From Bacteroidales bacterium (lineage in GTDB: Bacteria; Bacteroidota; Bacteroidia; Bacteroidales; UBA10428), in the NCBI GenBank assembly GCA_016938235.1, contig JAFGVA010000121.1, positions 2,198 through 66,197 on the forward strand: a stretch of DNA of 64,000 nt, given 5' to 3'. Position numbers and translations under genes: made by a program. The notes under the pieces were generated by a model. It ran no database searches and was not told the DNA's origin. It saw nothing but the letters and a program-made list of their open reading frames with translations. Shown piece by piece: positions 20,496 through 29,113 of this stretch. Within the stretch, counting starts at the first letter, position 1. Every line of letters starts with the position of its first letter.

Positions 20496-20801
20496 AATAG
20501 ATAAGGTTTGAAGTTTACGATTTAGATTGCCAGACAAAAAAACTTCTGTCTGTATTGTTTGACAGGAAAGCTTAAAAGATTACGTATTGTTCTGAAAAAA
20601 ATTTAACAAAATTCAATGATTTTTCTTGCTTAATACATCATCTTGCCTTTACTTTATTAATGCTGCTTTTTGTTACGATAATTAATCTGTCAATGTGGAA
20701 TTAATATGAATCAGTTGACAGCTTATAAAACTATAATATTTAGGTATGGTATTGCATTCAGAAAATGTTATTGTATTTTTACAGCAAATATTTAATTAGT
20801 A

Positions 20802-21242
20802 ATGTCAGTAAATAAAGCAATTTTAGTAGGAAACGTTGGAAAAGATCCTGAAATAAGGCATCTTGAAAGTGGAACTCCGGTAGCCAGTTTTCCACTAGCC
20901 ACTTCAGAAACTTATACAAACAAAAACGGAGAAAAAGTAACGCAAACAGAATGGCATAATATAGTTATATGGAGAGGGCTTGCTGAGGTTGTTGAAAAAT
21001 ATGTTAAGAAAGGTACTCAGCTTTATATCGAAGGTCGTATTCGAACCCGTTCGTGGGACGACCGTGAAGGCAATAAACGATATTCTACTGAAATAGTTGG
21101 CGACGTGATGCAAATGTTGGGAAAACGCGGTGAGGGATCAGTAAGCGATAATGTTCCTAATGGGAATCAGGGCAACCACTCTAATGAATCTGCAGGAGCA
21201 GAAAGTACGGCACCTGAGCCGGAAGATGATTTACCATTCTAG
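20802..21242 (+). CDS. ssb: Single-stranded DNA-binding protein
   Basis: VNKAILVGNVGKDPE, TEWHNIV, C-terminal DDLPF. Confidence 0.97.
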   Translation: MSVNKAILVGNVGKDPEIRHLESGTPVASFPLATSETYTNKNGEKVTQTEWHNIVIWRGLAEVVEKYVKKGTQLYIEGRIRTRSWDDREGNKRYSTEIVGDVMQMLGKRGEGSVSDNVPNGNQGNHSNESAGAESTAPEPEDDLPF

Positions 21243-21263
21243 TATTCACGAATTTTAATTGTT

Positions 21264-22598
21264 TTGGAAGATTCGGAACCTTACGAGCAAGCAGCAATAA
21301 TAGCGCAATCGGTTTTTCAGCCAGAGAATTTTAATTTAAGTGTAATTGCAGGTCTAATATCAATCCTTGTGTTATTAGCTGTCTCAGCACTTGTTTCAGG
21401 TAGCGAAGTAGCTTTTTTCTCTCTCCTTCCGGTTGATTTGGATAAGCTGAGGAATATGAATACCAGGGCTAGCACCCGGGCCGACAGGCTACTGAATCAT
21501 CCCGATAAATTACTGGCTACTATTTTAATCACTAATAATTTTGTTAATGTTGGTATTGTAGTTATATCCTCGTTTATCACTTCGGCATTATTTAATTTCA
21601 CAGGTCACGAGCTATTAGGCAGATTTATTCAAATTGTTGTAATTACTTTTCTTATTTTATTTTCAAGCGAAGTATTACCCAAAGTCTATGCAAACAGGTT
21701 TGCTCTTAGTTTTGCTTTGTTTACAGCTCCCTGGATTATGGTTTTTTCAAAGGTTTTTCGCCCGGTTTCAGCCATGCTGATACGTTCAACCGGACTTGTT
21801 AACAGAAGAATGGCCAAGAAGAAACGAGATCTTTCTATGGATGAGTTGTCTGATGCATTAGACCTTACAGAGGTTTCACTTTCCGATGAAAAAAATATAC
21901 TGAAAGGAATTGTGAAGTTTGGAAATATATATGTCAGCGAGATAATGCGTTCGCGTCTCGATGTAGTTGCTGTTGATATAAATACCAGTTATGCAGATTT
22001 ATTAAAAACCATAAATGAATCAGGATATTCAAGAATCCCTGTTTTTCATGATACTTTTGATGATGTAAGAGGTATTCTTTACATCAAAGATTTGCTTCCT
22101 CACTTAAATCAGTCTGACAATTATAACTGGAAAGATTTAATTCGACCCTCGTTCTATGTGCCCGAAAGTAAAAAAATTAATGATTTGCTGAAAGAATTCC
22201 AGACAGAGCACATTCATATGGCAATTGTAGTAGATGAGTATGGAGGTACTTCTGGAATTGTTACCATGGAAGATATACTTGAAGAAATAGTTGGTGAAAT
22301 ATCAGATGAGTCTGATGCCGAAGAACATTCATATAAACGTATTGACGACAATAATTTTATTTTTGAAGGGAAAGTTCTGCTGAACGACTTTTATAAAATT
22401 GCCCAGGTAGACTACGATGTTTTTGATGATGTAAAAGGCGAAGCTGATACCATTGCCGGCTTAATTCTTGAGTTAAGAGGTGAAATTCCGGGAGAAAAAG
22501 ACAAACTCGTTTATAAATATTTTACTTTTGAAATTCTTGAGGTTGACCAACGGAGAATAAAGCAAATAAAGGTTACCTTAAAACGAAAGGAAAAATGA
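21264..22598 (+). CDS. gldE: Gliding motility-associated protein GldE (CNNM/CBS/CorC domains)
   Basis: SGSEVAFFSL, CBS pair with YSRIPV and VVDEYGGTSG, CorC_HlyC tail; lies between ssb and gldD. Confidence 0.88.
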   Translation: MEDSEPYEQAAIIAQSVFQPENFNLSVIAGLISILVLLAVSALVSGSEVAFFSLLPVDLDKLRNMNTRASTRADRLLNHPDKLLATILITNNFVNVGIVVISSFITSALFNFTGHELLGRFIQIVVITFLILFSSEVLPKVYANRFALSFALFTAPWIMVFSKVFRPVSAMLIRSTGLVNRRMAKKKRDLSMDELSDALDLTEVSLSDEKNILKGIVKFGNIYVSEIMRSRLDVVAVDINTSYADLLKTINESGYSRIPVFHDTFDDVRGILYIKDLLPHLNQSDNYNWKDLIRPSFYVPESKKINDLLKEFQTEHIHMAIVVDEYGGTSGIVTMEDILEEIVGEISDESDAEEHSYKRIDDNNFIFEGKVLLNDFYKIAQVDYDVFDDVKGEADTIAGLILELRGEIPGEKDKLVYKYFTFEILEVDQRRIKQIKVTLKRKEK

Positions 22599-22602
22599 TA
22601 GC

Positions 22603-23175
22603 ATGAATCGGGGAAGAATAGTGGGGATTTTATTTTTTTTGTTGTTAATAACATCATGTAAGTCCGATCCTGTGCCACGTCCACAAGGATATTTCCGGAT
22701 TGACTTTCCTGAGAAAAAATATGTCCGGTATAATACAGACTGTCCGGTGTCTTTTGAATATCCGGTTTATGCTCAAATCGAAAAAATAAAGAGCGGAGAA
22801 GTTAACAGTTGTTGGTACAATATATCGGTAGCTGAATACAAGGCTAAAATTCATCTGACATACCGGCCTCTTAACAACAAGCTTTCAACCTACAGCGAGG
22901 ATATCAGAAGCATTGTTTACAAACATACACAGATGGCCGATGATATACAGGAATTCCGGATTATTGATAACAAGAGGCATGTTTTCGGAATTATTTACAG
23001 AATCTCCGGAAACACAGCGTCTTCATTAAGTTTTTATGTTACCGATAGCATAAACCACTTTTTGAGTGGAGCCTTATATTTTTCTGCTGAACCTAATAAA
23101 GATTCATTAGCTCCGGCTATTAAGTTTTTTGCTGAAGATGTTGTACATTTGACAGAGTCGGTCAATTGGGAATAA
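22603..23175 (+). CDS. gldD: Gliding motility lipoprotein GldD
   Basis: Lipobox ITSC, PRPQGYFRIDFP, GNTASS..FYVTDS..HFLSGALYF. Confidence 0.92.
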   Translation: MNRGRIVGILFFLLLITSCKSDPVPRPQGYFRIDFPEKKYVRYNTDCPVSFEYPVYAQIEKIKSGEVNSCWYNISVAEYKAKIHLTYRPLNNKLSTYSEDIRSIVYKHTQMADDIQEFRIIDNKRHVFGIIYRISGNTASSLSFYVTDSINHFLSGALYFSAEPNKDSLAPAIKFFAEDVVHLTESVNWE

Positions 23176-23184
23176 GTTTTTTTT

Positions 23185-23817
23185 ATGCCAATAATTTATA
23201 ACAAAGTTGTTTACGACGATTGCCAGTTAGGAATCTGGGAAATTGAAGAGTCTTATGAAGAAATGTATTCAAAGATTCACTTCTTCGATGGCGAGATCGA
23301 AAAACTTAAAAACTATAAAAGCACTGTCAGACAGACCGAATGGTTAAGTGTCAGGCGTTTATTAAGAGAGATGCGTGGAGAGCCAACCCAGATTATTTAT
23401 AATGAACAGAGGAAACCTTTTCTTTTTAATTCAAATTCAAACATCAGTATTTCGCATTCACGAACAATGACAGGTATATTACTCAGTAAAAACCTGAAAC
23501 TGGGTTTAGATCTTGAATATATGACCCCAAATATTGAGAAGGTAGCCCATAAGTTTATAAACAACGATGAATACCTGGTTAATGAAACCGAGCAGAGAAA
23601 CTTTCATTTATATATTCACTGGTGCGCCAAAGAGGCTTTGTATAAACTTTGTGATAAGCAGGATATAAACTTCAAAAAGAATATAACCATTGAGCCATTT
23701 GAACCCGATGAATGTGGTGAAATAATGGGCTGGGTTGACAATAAATTCTGGCACGATAAGTTTTTATTAAGGTACTTCAAGCTAAAAAATTACGCGGTGG
23801 TATATTGCACAAAATAA
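23185..23817 (+). CDS. 4'-phosphopantetheinyl transferase superfamily protein
   Basis: ISISHS, GLDLE, WCAKEALYK. Confidence 0.88.
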   Translation: MPIIYNKVVYDDCQLGIWEIEESYEEMYSKIHFFDGEIEKLKNYKSTVRQTEWLSVRRLLREMRGEPTQIIYNEQRKPFLFNSNSNISISHSRTMTGILLSKNLKLGLDLEYMTPNIEKVAHKFINNDEYLVNETEQRNFHLYIHWCAKEALYKLCDKQDINFKKNITIEPFEPDECGEIMGWVDNKFWHDKFLLRYFKLKNYAVVYCTK

Positions 23818-23819
23818 TT

Positions 23820-24542
23820 ATGACCTGTTACAACAAAATATCGGCGCCCGGCAAAAAAATGGCTATACTCATTGATCCTGACAAGCTTTCGGTTCAGGCA
23901 ATTCTTTCAACAGTTTATACTGCTAATGAAGCCGGAGTGCAAATGATACTTGTTGGTGGCAGTTTAATGAGTACGCGTATCGATTCAACCATTGAGATTA
24001 TTAAAAAAAACTCTGATATACCCGTAGTTCTTTTTCCCGGCAGCTTAATGCAGTTAAGTGCTAAAGCCGATGCATTATTGTTACTTTCGTTGGTTTCGGG
24101 CAGGAATCCTGAATACCTGATAGGTAACCATGTATTAGCAGCACCCTACATCCGCACAACGAATCTTGAAGTAATTCCTACCGGGTATATATTAATTCAG
24201 GGTGGAAATGTAACCTCGGTAGAATATATTAGCAACACCAGGCCTATTCCTGCAGATAAAAAAGATTTAATTGTTGCTACTGCATTGGCCTCAGAAATGC
24301 TTGGTCATAAACTTATTTATCTTGAAGCAGGAAGTGGAGCAAAGATTCATGTCTCTCTTGATGTTGTTAGTGAGGTAAAAAGAAGAATTTCAATTCCGCT
24401 TATTGTGGGTGGGGGCATTACCAGCAGTACAATAGCCGACGAAATATTAGAAGCCGGAGCCGATATGATTGTTGTTGGAACGGCAGTAGAAAAGAATGTT
24501 GAAAAGATAAATCAGATGATGGCTGCAATAAAAAATTATTAG
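23820..24542 (+). CDS. Geranylgeranylglyceryl/heptaprenylglyceryl phosphate synthase (GGGPS/PcrB family)
   Basis: LIDPDK, VGGS, LFPG, SGRNPEYLIG, IYLEAGSGA, VGGGI, GAD..VVGT. The ATG at 23820 is preferred over the TTG at 23805. Confidence 0.9.
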   Translation: MTCYNKISAPGKKMAILIDPDKLSVQAILSTVYTANEAGVQMILVGGSLMSTRIDSTIEIIKKNSDIPVVLFPGSLMQLSAKADALLLLSLVSGRNPEYLIGNHVLAAPYIRTTNLEVIPTGYILIQGGNVTSVEYISNTRPIPADKKDLIVATALASEMLGHKLIYLEAGSGAKIHVSLDVVSEVKRRISIPLIVGGGITSSTIADEILEAGADMIVVGTAVEKNVEKINQMMAAIKNY

Positions 24543-24554
24543 TTTATTTTATTC

Positions 24555-24569
24555 TGGCATATTGTTTGT
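24555..24569 (+). promoter_or_regulatory. Sigma54-like -24/-12 promoter
   Basis: TGGCA-TATTGT-TTGT, with correct GG-N10-G spacing. Confidence 0.5.
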
Positions 24570-24626
24570 TTATAGTTTAAAAACTGATTTTATTTATTTG
24601 TTGAAAAAAAATATACTTTTGTCAAT

Positions 24627-24798
24627 TGAAAGTAGGCTTTCATCTAAATAAAAAAACTAACTTAAATTGTCTGCGTAACAGTAGATAGAAACAACAAGAA
24701 AGAAAAGATTTAAACAAAGATATTTTAAGATTTTGCCCAAGTTGGTTTAGTTAGTAGTTTTGTGGTTTGCCGGGGAGCGAGAGCTTCCCGGTTTTTTT
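24627..24798 (+). ncRNA. Putative ~170-nt small RNA
   Basis: TACTTTTG (-7 element) at 24614-24621, a 5' hairpin TGAAAG-TAGG-CTTTCA, no ATG-initiated ORF, a GTTAG-rich tract and a strong terminator. Confidence 0.5.
24769..24798 (+). terminator. Strong intrinsic terminator
   Basis: GCCGGGGAGC-GAGA-GCTTCCCGG followed by T7. Confidence 0.85.
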
Positions 24799-24870
24799 GT
24801 ATATTTCGTTCCCTTTTTATTCTTTCATCAAACATCATATTTTTTTACATCAAACTATTGAACTACGTTT

Positions 24871-25692
24871 ATGAAATCTAAGCTTATCGATACGGGTATT
24901 CATGATTTTTATTCCCAGACTTCTGAAAACGATCGCTTAAAATATGGGCTTGGTCCGCTTGAATTTGAGAGAAATAAAGAGTTAATCGAAAAATTTCTTT
25001 CAACACAAAAACATACAATTGCCGACATAGGTGGTGGTCCTGGAATTTATTCCGAATGGCTTTCAAAAAAAGGTCACAAAGTATACTTAATTGATCCGGT
25101 AGAGAAACACATCGAGCAAGCTCTTAAGAAAGCAAAAAAAAGTAAAAACAGTTTTGAATGTTTTCTTGGAGAAGCTCAAAAAATTGAATTAAAGAACGAG
25201 TCGGTTGATCTTGCCATTCTGCATGGCCCCTTGTATCATTTACAAAAGAAAGAAGAACGTATAAAGGCTTTAGCAGAAGCGAAAAGAATTCTTAAACCGG
25301 GTGGGTACCTTCTGGGCTTTGCAATCAACTACACGGCTTCAACATTTGTTGCACTAACTCAGGGTGTTATTAGAGAGGAGGGTATCTTTGATATGTGTGT
25401 AAAAGAACTCACAGAAGGAATACATGAAGCACCTGCAAATATGCCGGGAGTTTTACCAAAGGCATATTATCACAAGCCTGAAGAGTTGAAAAATGAAGTT
25501 ATTGAATCTGGTTTCGAAGCAATAGATTTGTTTGCTGTAGAAGGTATAATATGGCTGGATAAAAATTATTTTGAAAATCGCGCTAATCCGGAAGCAAAAA
25601 TAAAGTTCGAAGCTATTTTTAAAGCTACTGAAAATGACAGAAATCTGCTTGCCTTAAGTCCTCATATAATGATTGCTGCGAGAAAAAATTAG
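24871..25692 (+). CDS. Class I SAM-dependent methyltransferase
   Basis: Motif I ADIGGGPG, GPLYHL, RILKPGG. Confidence 0.88.
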   Translation: MKSKLIDTGIHDFYSQTSENDRLKYGLGPLEFERNKELIEKFLSTQKHTIADIGGGPGIYSEWLSKKGHKVYLIDPVEKHIEQALKKAKKSKNSFECFLGEAQKIELKNESVDLAILHGPLYHLQKKEERIKALAEAKRILKPGGYLLGFAINYTASTFVALTQGVIREEGIFDMCVKELTEGIHEAPANMPGVLPKAYYHKPEELKNEVIESGFEAIDLFAVEGIIWLDKNYFENRANPEAKIKFEAIFKATENDRNLLALSPHIMIAARKN

Positions 25693-25702
25693 TATCCGGT
25701 GT

Positions 25703-27352
25703 TTAACGTATAACTTCTTCAATAGGTGTACCGGTAGAACTGTTCGGATAAGAAATATCAAGCAGCACGGAAATTGTAGGAGCTATGTCTGTAATATCAA
25801 CCGGTCTGAAAATATCTTTTTTTCCTGTTTTCCATCCGTACCAGAATAGTGGTACCCTGGTATCCGAGCCCATCGATATTATTGTTTTGCCCTGTTTCTC
25901 AAGGTACCCATTGTTAAGATGTAGTATTACATCGCCCGACCTTTTCTGGTTGTAGCCATTCTGAATCTTGCGAAAAACCCCTTCAATATAATAGTTATTT
26001 AACAGGGCTGTTGAAGTAATTGTATTCTGAACACCTGTAAATTGCAACATCAGATTAGCAACATTATCCTGAAAATCAGACAACTTAAGGTCAGCCGATT
26101 CAATAAGTGTACGATTGAGGTAAATCTGTTGAGAGTTGTATTGTTTTATCCAGTCGCCCTTGCCGTATATGTTATTTAAGTAAATTGTTAAAAGTGAAAT
26201 TGCGCTGGAAGAATTAAAATATCCTGAGGGGATTTTATTTGCCTCAAGGTATTCCGGCCTGTGGTTTAATCCATGTTCAGCGGTGAAAATTACAAGGGTA
26301 TTTTCAATCCCGATTTCAGAATCAATAAAGTCTAAAAAATGAGCAAGTTCCCTGTCAAGTCTCAGCACAGCATCTTCAACCTCAACACTTAGCGGACCAA
26401 ACAGGTTTCCAATTTGTTCGAGGCTGGTAAAATTAACGAACAGTACATCAGTAACAAAATCTTTACCTAGTTCTTCATTTACAATAGCCTGAATAGCAAA
26501 ATCCTTTACAAGGTTATCGCCAAAGGGAATGGTGTTCAAAACAGCAAATTCTTCTTTTCTTTTATATGCTTTGATTAAATCTTTTACCTCGTAAGGAAAG
26601 GTTGAACCTGATTTATATCCTTCTTCAAATTTATTATTATCAGGCAGGCTCTCGGTATATTCCGATAAGGGGTGTATAGGCTCCCAAATTCTTTCAAGAT
26701 ATGTTGACGGAATTTTTTTAAGGTTAAAATCATTTACCCATGGAGCCAGCGAATCCATGTAATAACTGCTACTGATAAAATTGCCGTTTTGAATATCGAA
26801 CCAATAGGCAGCATCAGCAGTATGGCCACCGCTAAGTACCGATGAAACAGGTTCCAGCGAAATGGAAATAACCTTCGATTTAAACGTATTCGAAAGTTTT
26901 AATTCATCGGAAAAGGTAGTACTGAAAAGTTGGCGGGGAGAGCACTGTCCGGCCTCAAAGGGACCTCCGACAGTACTAACAGATTCATCATAAACCGATG
27001 GGATAATTTTACCGCGAAGGTCATCATACCAGCTGCTTCCAACTATACCATGGCCTGAAGGATTTGTTCCGGTAGAAATAGTTGCATTTCCTACTCCTTT
27101 ATCATTTAATAAGTTGCTGTACGAAGCATTTTTGCAATTTATACCTCTGTTTGCTAACCTTTTAAAGCCGTCGTCTTCAAATTTATCCCAGTACCTCGAT
27201 ATATAATCGCTCCTGAATTGTGAAACTGTCAGACAGATTATTAGCCGGGGATTCTCAGGAGCCAATAGTTTTGAATTCTGTGCATTTGATAGTTGCACAA
27301 CTAATAAAGCTGATATAATAAAAACAAGTGATATTCTTAGATGGATAAACAT
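25703..27352 (-). CDS. Alkaline phosphatase (PafA-like) superfamily protein with degenerate active site
   Basis: Signal peptide; PafA-like scaffold (GFKRL, STGT.PS.HGIVG, GHTADAAYWFD, RSGDV, VDITDIAPT). Metal-ligand and nucleophile positions are substituted. Confidence 0.8.
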   Translation of the reverse strand: MFIHLRISLVFIISALLVVQLSNAQNSKLLAPENPRLIICLTVSQFRSDYISRYWDKFEDDGFKRLANRGINCKNASYSNLLNDKGVGNATISTGTNPSGHGIVGSSWYDDLRGKIIPSVYDESVSTVGGPFEAGQCSPRQLFSTTFSDELKLSNTFKSKVISISLEPVSSVLSGGHTADAAYWFDIQNGNFISSSYYMDSLAPWVNDFNLKKIPSTYLERIWEPIHPLSEYTESLPDNNKFEEGYKSGSTFPYEVKDLIKAYKRKEEFAVLNTIPFGDNLVKDFAIQAIVNEELGKDFVTDVLFVNFTSLEQIGNLFGPLSVEVEDAVLRLDRELAHFLDFIDSEIGIENTLVIFTAEHGLNHRPEYLEANKIPSGYFNSSSAISLLTIYLNNIYGKGDWIKQYNSQQIYLNRTLIESADLKLSDFQDNVANLMLQFTGVQNTITSTALLNNYYIEGVFRKIQNGYNQKRSGDVILHLNNGYLEKQGKTIISMGSDTRVPLFWYGWKTGKKDIFRPVDITDIAPTISVLLDISYPNSSTGTPIEEVIR

Positions 27353-27356
27353 AATT

Positions 27357-27725
27357 TTACTGGATAATTTTTGAAAGAATAAACAAAGAACCTACGCCAA
27401 TTATTATACTAACAACAACATTAATTGCCGCAAGCATAAGATTGCCGGTTTTTATAAGTTCGAATGTTTCAAAACTAAATGTTGAAAATGTGCTGAACCC
27501 GCCACAAAATCCAATAATTATCAAGGCTTTGATTGACGAAGTAACATTTCCTCTCGATGAAAGGAAAAATACTATTCCGCCAAGCAATAATGTGGCTAGT
27601 AGGTTTGAAAAGAAAGTAGCGACCGGATTTATACCAGTAAGTTTTGCGGTAACCAGTTTTGACATGCTAAACCTTGCAAGACTTCCTAATCCACCACCAA
27701 CAAATACTAATAAAACAGTTTGCAT
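27357..27725 (-). CDS. crcB: Fluoride channel Fluc/CrcB
   Basis: GGGLGSLAR, GFCGGFSTFSTFS.E, four TM helices. Confidence 0.93.
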   Translation of the reverse strand: MQTVLLVFVGGGLGSLARFSMSKLVTAKLTGINPVATFFSNLLATLLLGGIVFFLSSRGNVTSSIKALIIIGFCGGFSTFSTFSFETFELIKTGNLMLAAINVVVSIIIGVGSLFILSKIIQ

Positions 27726-27734
27726 GAGATTTTT

Positions 27735-28829
27735 TTAGACATTAAAACGAATATGCAGAATATCACCATCTGCAACAATATAACTTTTTCCTTCCACCAT
27801 TAGTTTTCCTTTTTCCTTGCAGGCATGTTCGGAACCGAGTGTAATAAAATCATTATATTTCATAACCTCTGCACGTATAAAGCCGCGTTCAAGATCGCTG
27901 TGAATTACACCTGCTGCCTGAGGAGCAGTCATTCCTTTTTTAATTGTCCAGGCCTTAATTTCTTTTGGGCCAACAGTAAAAAACGATTGCAGGTTTAACA
28001 TACTGTATGCCGAACGTACAAGTTTATTAACTCCAGGTTCCTCCAATCCGGCATCTTTCAGGAATTCCAGTCTATCCTCTTCCTCTTCAAGTTCGGCAAT
28101 TTCTGCTTCAAGTTTACCAGCAATAACCAGAATTTCAGCATTTTCACCAAGTTTTTCTTTTACCTTTTCAACAAAAGCGTTTCCGTAGATAGCAGAGCTG
28201 TCGTCAACGTTGCAAACATACATAACCGGTTTAACGGTTAACAAGAACATATCATCCAGTTGCTTACTTTCTTTTTCATCTAATTCCAGATCTCGTATAT
28301 TTCCGAAATTTTCAATTTGCTCTTTCATCCGGGCAAGCACTTCCAGGCCATATTTGGCATCTTTATCGCCGGTCTTGGCAGCTTTTTCAAGTCGATGAAT
28401 CTTTTTCTCTACAGATTCAAGATCTTTTACCTGCAATTCAAAGTCTATTGTTTCTATGTCGCGCACAGGATCAACCGAGCCATCAACATGAGCCAGATTT
28501 TCATCTTCGAAGCACCGTAATACATGAATCAATGCATCGGTATTTCTAATATCTGCCAGAAATTTGTTTCCAACACCTTCGCCTTGGTTTGCACCCTTTG
28601 TAAGTCCGGGAATGTCAACAATCTCAACGGTGGCAGGTACAAGCTTTTCCGTAGGTTGCAATTCTTCAAGTTTCTTAAGTCGGGGATCGGGTACCCCAAC
28701 CATACCAATATTTGATTTGTTGGTACTGAAAGCAAAATTTGTTGTTTCTCCTTTCGTATTGGAAATACAATTAAACAAGGTTGTTTTGCCAACGTTAGTT
28801 ATTCCAATAATTCCGCATTGTAAAGCCAT
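27735..28829 (-). CDS. ychF: Redox-regulated ATPase YchF
   Basis: G..NVGKTT, DIPGL, GEGVGNKFLA, FFTVGPKE, AAGVIHSD, TGS domain. Confidence 0.95.
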   Translation of the reverse strand: MALQCGIIGITNVGKTTLFNCISNTKGETTNFAFSTNKSNIGMVGVPDPRLKKLEELQPTEKLVPATVEIVDIPGLTKGANQGEGVGNKFLADIRNTDALIHVLRCFEDENLAHVDGSVDPVRDIETIDFELQVKDLESVEKKIHRLEKAAKTGDKDAKYGLEVLARMKEQIENFGNIRDLELDEKESKQLDDMFLLTVKPVMYVCNVDDSSAIYGNAFVEKVKEKLGENAEILVIAGKLEAEIAELEEEEDRLEFLKDAGLEEPGVNKLVRSAYSMLNLQSFFTVGPKEIKAWTIKKGMTAPQAAGVIHSDLERGFIRAEVMKYNDFITLGSEHACKEKGKLMVEGKSYIVADGDILHIRFNV

Positions 28830-28866
28830 TTGCTATTATTTCTTATCTATTAATATTTACCGGAGT

Positions 28867-29000
28867 TGTTGATTAGTGTTCAAATAACAAGTCAACTCAC
28901 TGTTGAGAATGGTTCAATTTTGACCTCAAATGTCACATTTATACTAAAATACATCCTTTATAAACCATCTTCAATCTCCAAACAGTCAATCTAATCAACA
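28867..29000 (-). promoter_or_regulatory. Putative structured 5' leader or ncRNA upstream of ychF
   Basis: Nested inverted repeats (TGTTGATTAG/CTAATCAACA, ACTGTT/AACAGT, GAGA/TCTC, ATGGTT/AACCAT, TGAC/GTCA) immediately downstream of a minus-strand TAATTTTG at 29016-29023. Confidence 0.5.
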
Positions 29001-29064
29001 TTATTAAATGAATCGCAAAATTACATTTTAAATCGATAGTATTAAAATAGTTGCGCATACTTTT

Positions 29065-29072
29065 TATCTTTG
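29065..29072 (+). promoter_or_regulatory. -7 promoter element for tkt
   Basis: TATCTTTG matches TAnnTTTG, ~40 bp before the ATG. Confidence 0.55.
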
Positions 29073-29113
29073 CACTTTTTATAGGGAACAACTAACTTAA
29101 AATATAGAATAAA

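Noticed and set aside
20546-20721. TGTC...GACA inverted repeats between the hydrolase and ssb genes
   Set aside because: Short arms with inconsistent spacing that do not match the hsp20 boxes; may be chance.
28830-29010. Fluoride riboswitch upstream of ychF-crcB
   Set aside because: The GGCGAUGG..CGCC / UGAUGAC..CUAC-type consensus is absent; kept only as an unknown structured leader.
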